A stretch of DNA of 64,000 nucleotides from an uncultured archaeon (GTDB lineage Archaea; Asgardarchaeota; Thorarchaeia; Thorarchaeales; Thorarchaeaceae). Shown here one piece after another: positions 40,296 through 48,315 of the stretch. Made by a program: the position numbers and the translations under genes. Under the pieces are notes generated by a model, which was given only the letters and a program-made list of their open reading frames with translations, made no database searches and was not told the origin of the DNA. Where the stretch lies: contig CAYYQL010000006.1 in assembly GCA_964473825.1 (NCBI GenBank), positions 32,001 to 96,000 of the forward strand, read 5' to 3'. Each line of letters begins with the position of its first letter. The first letter of the stretch is position 1.

Positions 40296-40830
40296 TCAAA
40301 CAGAAGGCTTTGGCAAACTTTTTAACACTGACCTTCGGGGATTTCGGGAAAAGGGGGAGAAAGGTTGGACTTGCGGGATAGTGTGTCCCTCTCCAAGAAT
40401 CTCTCTTTTCACTCGCTCAACATCTCGGGGGGATTGCTTGGAAATCCAAGAATTTAGCATGTCATTGGGTGATCGGCTGCATTTCCAGAAGTAAACCCGA
40501 TCTTCCAGAGAGATCCATATGATTGCTTCGCTCCTCGCTCGGTTGTTCAGATCTGCTGATGGCTTGTACAAGATTCAATCAGATTGTCGGGCAGATGAAT
40601 TCTGGGTTACGCCTTCGAATTGGTCCGGATGTATCTCGTAGAAGTAGAATCTGTCGGAAGTATGTGTGAGATTCGCCTTTCTTATAGGATTGCCCAGGGA
40701 TGCCAAGTAAGAGCCTGAAACATCATTCATCAGGAATCGTAATCCAATCTTTCCCGCCGCTAATGAACTCCACACTGTCTCACCCCGATATAGGATGGCA
40801 ATAATGAATTGACATTCATAGAACTGCAGA
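40296..40830 (-). pseudogene. Degraded ORF, possibly a paralog of the 27084-28940 C-terminus
   Basis: Two same-frame ORFs split by TGA at 40575; NSWISKQSPRDVERVKREILGEG resembles QDWLAERPDDVERVRRQLEHRG. Confidence 0.35.
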
Positions 40831-40834
40831 AAGA

Positions 40835-41000
40835 TGGTGCGCTCGCCGGGACTCGAATTCCCGACCACATTCGAGACTGAATGCAGTTCCCGGCTCCCGA
40901 TTGCATTCGGAGTGAATGCAATTGCCGGATCCGTGGCAGGGATCCATCATAGCCCCTTAGTCAATACCCCAAAAATTGGAGTATTATAGACAACGAGCGC
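40835..41000 (-). tRNA. tRNA-Gly(GCC) with three non-canonical introns (14/15: 40986-40957; 48/49: 40923-40894; 53/54: 40888-40858)
   Basis: Removing 30, 30 and 31 nt gives a 75-nt cloverleaf GCGCTCG..GATCC-CTGCCAC-GGATC-CGGC-CCGGG-TTCGAGT-CCCGG-CGAGCGC-ACCA. Confidence 0.9.
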
Positions 41001-41190
41001 TCGAGAAACAGTCGAGGCAGTATCGGTTTTAAAGGTTACCAATAGGTTCCAATTCTCCACTGGCTATCAGTCTTTAAACATGTCCCCACTTCAGGAAATC
41101 AGTCCAAATTTGAGTCCCGGCGGATGCATCATTCTTAATTTGATTTAATATCTTTTTAATCAGGGGATCAGTGTGACGACCCAGAGAGTA

Positions 41191-42495
41191 TCATGGCCGG
41201 GACATCTTGTTCAAGGCTCTGGAGATACCCATTAGCGTCTTCTTGATGTCATTATCAGTGTGAGCAAAGGAGAGCGCCCCCAAGCCATGGTAACCAAAGA
41301 TGCCCTCTTGCATGAGTAGACCCTGAAAGATATCTTGTTGCTTATGATCGAAGAGCTCGCCAATCTGTCCGGGAGTTGTGATGTCGTCTGATGGCAGATT
41401 GGTGAGACAAGTGATGAAGTTGATCGAGCCATATCCCGTACCAATGATACTGACCTTTTCCTCCTCAAGCATATCATTTAGTCGTTCTCGGAACACGTCA
41501 CCCATTTTGTTCAAGCCAGAGTATTCATCCTTCTTGGCTCTAAGCTGCTCCAAGACCGCCAAGCCCGCGACCATTGTGAGAGGATGGCTTGAGAAAGTGC
41601 CTCCACCCACCCAGCGGCCGCCCTTTGTCCCAGGTACCGCCAGAGCCATAATGTCCTCACGACCGCCATATGCACCAAGGGGCATACCTCCCGCGGCTGC
41701 CTTGCCGAGGGTAAGAAGGTCGGGCATTACGCCGAAGATTCCATCCCCGGTTGTTCCGTACCTTAGGCGGAAGCCCGTCACAATCTCGTCAAAGATGAGC
41801 AGAATATCCCGTGACTCGGTCTCCTCACGGAGATATGAAAGAAAATCATCCGCAGGCGGTAGTCCGCCACCGGCTCCTACTATCGGCTCAACGATGATTG
41901 CCGCCAGATCCTTGCCGTGTTGCTTTAGCATCTGGTCCAGACTCTCACGGCTGTTGAAATCGAAAGAAACACCATTGTAGAATGGTTCATCGGAATAGGG
42001 ATACTTGAGGTGAAATGATAGTGTATCGTTACCACCATGCCAGCCACTCAGTGCCTTTCCCACAAGTGATCGGCCAGTGAACAGGCGGGCCAAGCGTACG
42101 GCGTACATGGTAGACTCGCTTCCGGTGGCTGTGAAGCGCATCTTCTCAAGAATGGGCACTGTCTTCTGGATTGCCTCACCATACTTCACTTGGGGTTCTG
42201 TTGGCGCACCGAAGTGGTACCCGTCGTCCAGTCGCTTCCAAATCGCCTCTGCAACATGATGGTTGCCATGGCCCAGTATCATGGAATAGTGGGTCATCCA
42301 CCAGTCGATGTACTCGTTGCCGTCAATGTCCCATATGTGTCCACCCTTGCCACGCTCGATGTAGGGCGGATATGAACCGGTTGCCGGCATACCAAACGTA
42401 CGGATGTTATGACTCACACCGCTCGGGAATACCCTCGTTGCCCGTTCATAGAGATCTCTTGACGTTCCGGTCCGTGAATGATAGTCTTCAAGCAC
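41191..42495 (-). CDS. Class III PLP aminotransferase (GSA aminomutase-like)
   Basis: WDIDGNEYID, LIFDEIVTGFR, LGKAAAGGMP and GGTFS motifs. Confidence 0.9.
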   Translation of the reverse strand: MLEDYHSRTGTSRDLYERATRVFPSGVSHNIRTFGMPATGSYPPYIERGKGGHIWDIDGNEYIDWWMTHYSMILGHGNHHVAEAIWKRLDDGYHFGAPTEPQVKYGEAIQKTVPILEKMRFTATGSESTMYAVRLARLFTGRSLVGKALSGWHGGNDTLSFHLKYPYSDEPFYNGVSFDFNSRESLDQMLKQHGKDLAAIIVEPIVGAGGGLPPADDFLSYLREETESRDILLIFDEIVTGFRLRYGTTGDGIFGVMPDLLTLGKAAAGGMPLGAYGGREDIMALAVPGTKGGRWVGGGTFSSHPLTMVAGLAVLEQLRAKKDEYSGLNKMGDVFRERLNDMLEEEKVSIIGTGYGSINFITCLTNLPSDDITTPGQIGELFDHKQQDIFQGLLMQEGIFGYHGLGALSFAHTDNDIKKTLMGISRALNKMSRP

Positions 42496-42501
42496 CTGCT
42501 G

Positions 42502-43554
42502 TCACCTCAGCTCTGAGTCTTTGTAGAACCTTGACGTGTTCCGTGGTACTGGTATGTCCTTCATGGTCTTCAGACCCGGTGAAGAACTGACAACCATGGG
42601 AATAAGATTGAGAATCATTCCGACTGTACCGAAGTCGCCCTGAACACCACCTTCAATGCGCTGATAGATTCGGGGATGCCCGTCAATCAGCACCTCATCG
42701 TATTCGGGCGTTGCCTCTGCAAATGCCAGAAAGTCGAGCTGTACTATCGTGTGGCCATCGCGGCGCCCTAGGCCGGTGCTCTTCAGACCCAGCACATCTC
42801 CCTTCTCTATCTTCGTGAAAGGATTAGTGATGGTCGTTTCCGCGAGAACAGCCTCAGGTGGCAGTTCCTCGACGGTGTCCAACCCAAGATTGAGGGCGGC
42901 ATCAATCATGCGGATTGACTCCACTAAGCCCACATGACCAGTGATGATGGCTTCGTCAATTCTTTTTCTGAACTCCTCCACCGTCATCCCAGTACCTATC
43001 TTCTTCTGGAATGAGGGCCGTCTCCGGCTGGAGTTCATATGTCGAGTCACATGGATTTTGTCAACTCTCTGGCAAGGTGCTGTCAATACAATCGGCAGTA
43101 AATCCATCAGATAGCCAGGATTGATTCCTGTGCCCAAGACTGTCTTCCCTGCCTGTCTTGCAGCCTCATCCATCCCGGAGGACAGTTCTGGATATCGAGT
43201 GTAGGGATAGGATAGCTCCTCACAGATCGAGAGTACTTCCATGTCATGGGCAAGACATACTTCTATGAGAGGGGCGACCGACTCAAGTGATGATGATGTG
43301 GCAATGACAGCTACATCAGCAAGCTTCTCTTCAGATTCCTCCAGAGCTCTCTGGAGATTCTCCTTGATTCTAAGTTCAGTATCGGTCCTCTCGGGGAGTA
43401 GGTCGCTCAGTTTCCTTCCCGCAATGTCAGGAGCTGCATCCACCAGTGCTGTAAGCTTGAGATTCTCTCGCTGCAAAATGGAGACTGCAACATGTCGCCC
43501 CAGGGATCCGAATCCAATCTGTAAGACTTCAAAAGGATCTGGCATGGCCCTCAC
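42502..43554 (-). CDS. 2,4-diaminopentanoate dehydrogenase-like (Ord/DapB N-terminal) NAD(P) dehydrogenase
   Basis: GFGSLG, CEELSYP, VLGTGINPGYLMD, GHVGL.ES and GGVQGD motifs. Confidence 0.8.
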   Translation of the reverse strand: MRAMPDPFEVLQIGFGSLGRHVAVSILQRENLKLTALVDAAPDIAGRKLSDLLPERTDTELRIKENLQRALEESEEKLADVAVIATSSSLESVAPLIEVCLAHDMEVLSICEELSYPYTRYPELSSGMDEAARQAGKTVLGTGINPGYLMDLLPIVLTAPCQRVDKIHVTRHMNSSRRRPSFQKKIGTGMTVEEFRKRIDEAIITGHVGLVESIRMIDAALNLGLDTVEELPPEAVLAETTITNPFTKIEKGDVLGLKSTGLGRRDGHTIVQLDFLAFAEATPEYDEVLIDGHPRIYQRIEGGVQGDFGTVGMILNLIPMVVSSSPGLKTMKDIPVPRNTSRFYKDSELR

Positions 43555-43908
43555 ACATTCATCCCTGCATATATGGCATTCTGTGGACGTTTGCCTACTC
43601 CAAGAACGCCCTTATTTTTTCCATGTACATCCCGGCAATCGATCACGACGACGTGAGCTACGCAGGGCCAGCAGCTTTCTTGATGGGAGAAACTATCACA
43701 GTACTCCCCCCGTGGCAGCTGCAGCAGTTTGGGAACGGTACTCTGACGCTGTCTCGTGAGAATCTTTGACTTAACTTCTACTACTCTCCACTGATTATTA
43801 GAGCAAGTCGAAACTATGAGAGAGATGAGTCACACTAATCCGTAACGAAGCTGTTTTCAGGAGGACGATACTCTACGGGCGCAATGATGGACGAGATGAC
43901 GTGAGAGT

Positions 43909-45282
43909 ATGGACCGAATACAGCTGAGCGCTCTATCCGTGGCTATTGCAGCCTCATTTCTGACACCGTTTATGTCGTCATCCATAAACATAGCATTGCC
44001 CTCGATTGGCGAGGAGTTCACAGCTGACGCGGTCATCCTGAGCTGGGTTGCGACTTCCTATCTGCTCGCTGCAGCGATTTTCTTGGTGCCCTTTGGCCGA
44101 ATTGCAGACATTCGGGGGAGAAAGAAGATATTCGTGGCAGGACTTGTGGTCTATACAGTCGCCTCGGGTCTCTGTGCGTTGGTCAATACCATCGAGCTTC
44201 TTATTGTAATGAGAATACTCCAAGGAGTTGGCGGCAGTATGATTTTTGGAACGGGAACGGCAATACTGGTGTCGGTGTTTCCACCCGAGAAGAGGGGAAA
44301 GGTGCTCGGAATGAATGTCGCGGCAGTCTATACTGGACTGAGTCTAGGTCCGACAATCGGAGGAGTCATGATCAAGAGTCTCGGATGGAGAAGCATCTTC
44401 CTTGTCAACCTCCCTATTGGACTCGTTACTCTCATACTTGCTCTTACGATGCTTGACCGCGAATGGGCCGATGCGAGGGGAGAACGGTTTGACTTGATAG
44501 GATCAGTCCTGTATGGGGGGATGCTTCTCCTCACAATGTATGGACTCTCTGTGTTTCCCAACGGAACCCTGTTCATTGTAGGTGGTCTTGGATTGCTGAT
44601 TGTATTCATCCTATGGGAGGCGAGAGTCGAGTGCCCGGTTCTTGAGGTGGGAGTCTTCACCCGTAATCGGACGTATGCGCTTTCTAACCTTGCTGCCCTC
44701 TTGAGTTACACCGCCACATTCGGAGTCGGATTCTTGATTAGCCTCTTCATGCAATACATCATGGGGATGGATTCACAGGAAACCGGACTTGTTCTCGTAT
44801 TCCAGCCCGTATTTCAGGCATTGTTCTCGCCGCTTGCCGGAAGGCTATCGGATAGGATACAACCGGCCATTATTACATCGACTGGAATGGCCCTGACATC
44901 GCTCTCCTTGTTCCTCCTCTCACTTCTTAACACCCAAGCAACTCGTCTGACAATCATGGTGAACTTGGCCCTGCTTGGATTCAGTCTCGCATTGTTCAGC
45001 TCACCCAATGTGAACGCAGTGATGAGCAGTGTATCAAACAGACTCTTCGGTGTTGCCAGCGCAACAGTGTCTACCATGCGACTTGTTGGTCAGACGACCA
45101 GTATGGCTATCATCACACTCGTCTTTGCACTCCTTATAGGCAGGATTCAGATCACACCTGCAGTGACTCCAGCACTCATCTATAGCACCCAGACCATATT
45201 TCTCGTGTTCTCAGTACTGTGCCTCGTTGGGACAGTCATCTCGGCAGTAAGAGGCAGAGTCGTTCGAGGAGAGGTACAATAG
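43909..45282 (+). CDS. MFS drug:H+ antiporter (DHA2-like)
   Basis: INIALPSI, GRIADIRGRKK and RILQGVGG motifs; many TM helices. Confidence 0.92.
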   Translation: MDRIQLSALSVAIAASFLTPFMSSSINIALPSIGEEFTADAVILSWVATSYLLAAAIFLVPFGRIADIRGRKKIFVAGLVVYTVASGLCALVNTIELLIVMRILQGVGGSMIFGTGTAILVSVFPPEKRGKVLGMNVAAVYTGLSLGPTIGGVMIKSLGWRSIFLVNLPIGLVTLILALTMLDREWADARGERFDLIGSVLYGGMLLLTMYGLSVFPNGTLFIVGGLGLLIVFILWEARVECPVLEVGVFTRNRTYALSNLAALLSYTATFGVGFLISLFMQYIMGMDSQETGLVLVFQPVFQALFSPLAGRLSDRIQPAIITSTGMALTSLSLFLLSLLNTQATRLTIMVNLALLGFSLALFSSPNVNAVMSSVSNRLFGVASATVSTMRLVGQTTSMAIITLVFALLIGRIQITPAVTPALIYSTQTIFLVFSVLCLVGTVISAVRGRVVRGEVQ

Positions 45283-45372
45283 TTAGGATGAGTCTGATGC
45301 TATGTCAGAACACTCCCGTATTATGAAACATATGAGAACACTTCATATGCACCAGAGAAAGAGGGTAAGTCC

Positions 45373-45780
45373 ATGAAGAGAGTGTTGTTCCTCTGCACCG
45401 GTAATTCGGCACGCAGTCAGATGGCTGAGGCGCTTCTGCGCGAGCTGGGAAAGGAAGAGTACGAGGCATTCAGTGCCGGAACAGACATTCAGACAGAGGT
45501 CAATCCGTTCGCCATCCAGGTACTCAAAGAGATAGGCCTTAACACCGAGGGACTCCATCCAAAGAAACTGGATCGCTTCAAGGGTGAAACATTCGACTTC
45601 GTCATTACTGTGTGCGATAATGCAAGACAGCAATGCCCCTTCTTTCCAGGAGCAAGAGAGATGCTCCACTGGTCACTTGAGGACCCCGCAGCATTCGAGG
45701 GGAGCCATGAAGAGATTCTCTTGATCTTTAGGGAGACCAGAGATGAGATTGAGAAGAGAATCAAGGGCACATTGCTCTAG
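45373..45780 (+). CDS. arsC: Arsenate reductase (LMW-PTP fold)
   Basis: FLCTGNSARSQMAE, ITVCD....CP and HWSLEDP motifs. Confidence 0.92.
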   Translation: MKRVLFLCTGNSARSQMAEALLRELGKEEYEAFSAGTDIQTEVNPFAIQVLKEIGLNTEGLHPKKLDRFKGETFDFVITVCDNARQQCPFFPGAREMLHWSLEDPAAFEGSHEEILLIFRETRDEIEKRIKGTLL

Positions 45781-47810
45781 TCTTCGACCCAATCAAACTT
45801 CCGCTGCAGGAGTTTGGTGTATATGTTTCTCCAGTCATAGTCGACCTTCTGACACCAGTTGTAGACAATCTTCGGATGGATGTATGATTTGAGAGAAGTG
45901 CCAAGATTCCACGTTCGAGAATCTCGAGCCAGTGCCCAGTCAACCTCTATCTTCTTCTTGGCCAGTTCAGCCTTCTTGACACGTTCCTTCGCCCGTTCAA
46001 CCATTTCCTTCCGTCGCTCGATTCGTTCGTTGCCATCTTCACGTGTGTCGATCAGAGACTGTTTCTTCTTCTCCAGTATCTCCTGACTTCTGCGATAGGT
46101 CTCTGTGTAGTCCTGCACACGCTTCTTTGCCTTTTCCCAACGCTCTCGCGTCCGGTCAATCTTGGCCTGTGCCTCTTCTAGGCGTTCTTGTTTGGTTCTC
46201 TTGCTCTTTCTTCGGCTCTCACGGATTGCGCGCTTCTCGGCACGGGCATTATCCCATGTCTCTTTTGCCTTGTCACGCTTCTCGCGATATTCCGCCATCT
46301 TCTCTTTGCGTTTCTCAACGACATCCTTTTGCTTCTCGATCAGCTCTCTCTTCTTCTTGAGTCGGTCCCGTTCTGTCTTACGCCGTTTCTTGAGGCGCTT
46401 CTTTTTGTCCGCAAGTGCTCTCTCTGCCTTGGCAATACGTTTGTCGGCCTTCTTCAGTCGTTCTTCAAAGCGTTTGTCGCGCCTTGGCCAACTCTTCGGC
46501 GCCTGTTTTGTATGATTCATAATGCGGGCTACTTCCAGATTGGCTCGTTTGGCTGCCGCCTTCTTGATGAAATCCGGGTCCTTCTTTGATACTTTGCTCT
46601 CCTTGAGCTCCTCTCTCATAGTGACAGACGCATGGTACGTCCGGAACATCTTCGCGGTGAGATCTGGATACACCTCACTGAGGAACTGGTTCACATCGTG
46701 ACTCCGGACCTTGGGAAAGATCTGGGCCATCTTCTTTGGGTCGGCCTTCGTCTTCTGGCGCTTTCGGGATTTGAATGAGGCCACCCAATCCTTGGCGTTA
46801 TCGTACAGCTCACGAAAGACATTGTAGACATCATCAGGCGTTTTCAGTTCCTTATGCCAAGGAACACTGTCTTTCCCCAAGAAGTCGAATATTATCAACC
46901 CGTTCTTGAAGGTGAGATGTTCCACACGTAAGGTTGTCGCGCCCACTGTGTCTGCCTCGTCCTTGTCCTTCTCATCTCCGACTCGCAGATTCAGACGATC
47001 AATCAGATAGCATGCAGCTGCGATCTCACGGACCTTTGCATCATCTGAGTGAAGGCCCCTCATGATGTGCTCACGAACGTCTTCAATATGCTTCTCTAGC
47101 CTCAGAGCACTATCGAACTTCTCGGCCTCGCGTTCCTGTTTGATGGGCGTAGCATCATGGAGCCAGATATACTTGTTCTTGCCGGTCAGCTCACTCTTCC
47201 ATTTTGCGATCCAGAGACATTCAGGCTTCCAGACAATCTTCTTCCAGTTCCCCTCCGGACGAGGAGCATCGGGAGAGAGATTGAGTGTGATGTCCTCACA
47301 TGTCGCAGCCTGCTTCCATCGGCCCCGAAGAGGATGCTCGCCTCTTCCCATGAATATCCCTGATGGCTCCGTCATGTAACTGGCTAGTTCCATCGTTTCT
47401 CCGTCAACCTCAGCATATCCGTACTCCTTCTTGAGGCGTTCCCGTTCAGCCTTTCGCTCCTCTCGCGCCCTCTTCTTCTCCTCTTTGGTCATGGCCTCCT
47501 TTGCTGCTCGCTCTTCTTCCACAAACTGTATCACTTGGGAGAAATCAACCTCGTCAAGAGAGAGCGGAGAGTTGAATCCGAGGACTTCACTTAAGTCAGT
47601 CATGAAGTTCTCAATGAACACGGGGTCTTCAACATAGGGCGTGCCCAGCTTCTTTACCCATGCCACAGCCAACTCTTGCTGCCCCCTGGTCAGAACTATC
47701 TTTTCTCCTCGCACTTCAATTTCAAGACCTTCTGGCTCTGGTGCCTCTAAGATTAGTACTCCGTTGTGTTTCAGGCTGTCCATTAGTACATGAAACCTCA
47801 TTCGATTCAT
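45777..47810 (-). CDS. Eukaryote-type DNA topoisomerase IB
   Basis: LKHNG, FMGRGEHPLRG, LRVGDEKD..ADTVG, FLGKDS, AKMFRTY, NH and GTSLKSY; start probably 47810 or 47783 rather than 48014. Confidence 0.93.
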   Translation of the reverse strand: MNRMRFHVLMDSLKHNGVLILEAPEPEGLEIEVRGEKIVLTRGQQELAVAWVKKLGTPYVEDPVFIENFMTDLSEVLGFNSPLSLDEVDFSQVIQFVEEERAAKEAMTKEEKKRAREERKAERERLKKEYGYAEVDGETMELASYMTEPSGIFMGRGEHPLRGRWKQAATCEDITLNLSPDAPRPEGNWKKIVWKPECLWIAKWKSELTGKNKYIWLHDATPIKQEREAEKFDSALRLEKHIEDVREHIMRGLHSDDAKVREIAAACYLIDRLNLRVGDEKDKDEADTVGATTLRVEHLTFKNGLIIFDFLGKDSVPWHKELKTPDDVYNVFRELYDNAKDWVASFKSRKRQKTKADPKKMAQIFPKVRSHDVNQFLSEVYPDLTAKMFRTYHASVTMREELKESKVSKKDPDFIKKAAAKRANLEVARIMNHTKQAPKSWPRRDKRFEERLKKADKRIAKAERALADKKKRLKKRRKTERDRLKKKRELIEKQKDVVEKRKEKMAEYREKRDKAKETWDNARAEKRAIRESRRKSKRTKQERLEEAQAKIDRTRERWEKAKKRVQDYTETYRRSQEILEKKKQSLIDTREDGNERIERRKEMVERAKERVKKAELAKKKIEVDWALARDSRTWNLGTSLKSYIHPKIVYNWCQKVDYDWRNIYTKLLQRKFDWVED

Positions 47811-48315
47811 TTCCAAGCTCAAGAATAGACGGGTGTAGTTCGCTTGTTCTTCTCGGCGAGAAGAGTGTGCCAAAAAAAAGATTGTGTTTAATTCATTGCA
47901 GAACTCGGATTCTTTGGCTAGAAGAAAAGCACAAAAAGGAGAGGAAGCCGAGTCTCGTGCAAGACTCGGCGGGGTTTTATTGGGCCTTTTGAGAAAAGGC
48001 GCTATTAGAACCAAGGCTCTATTAGATTCACCAAGGCTCTATCAGGACGGGGATTTCATCATCTGGACCTGTCAAGTCATTTCACCTGAATATCATTCAG
48101 GGATGAGGGGTAGTGTACTGCACGTTCTGCTATCGAACGATTCGGAGAGAAAGGATAGGTTTATTCCAGAGAGAGCGGGGAGAGGGAGGCAAAGAGAGGG
48201 AGGAGATTATATCCGAACGCCCGGTACAGATTTGCCAAAAACAGCTAAGCAGACATAAGGAAAACCATACGAGAGGAGAACTTCCGTGACATTGGAAGGA
48301 AATCAACCGAACTTC

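Noticed and set aside
40575-40577. In-frame TGA as possible selenocysteine
   Set aside because: No redox motif, known selenoprotein family or recognisable SECIS; decay is simpler.
47811-48014. 68-aa N-terminal extension of topoisomerase IB in the ORF track
   Set aside because: Non-ATG start in promoter-like, T-run-rich DNA; homology begins at about LKHNG.
48015-48315. att repeat of the tRNA-Gly(TCC) 3' end marking the island's far boundary
   Set aside because: No copy of TGGTGCGGCCACCGGG found by eye and no integrase, so the island limits are unproven.
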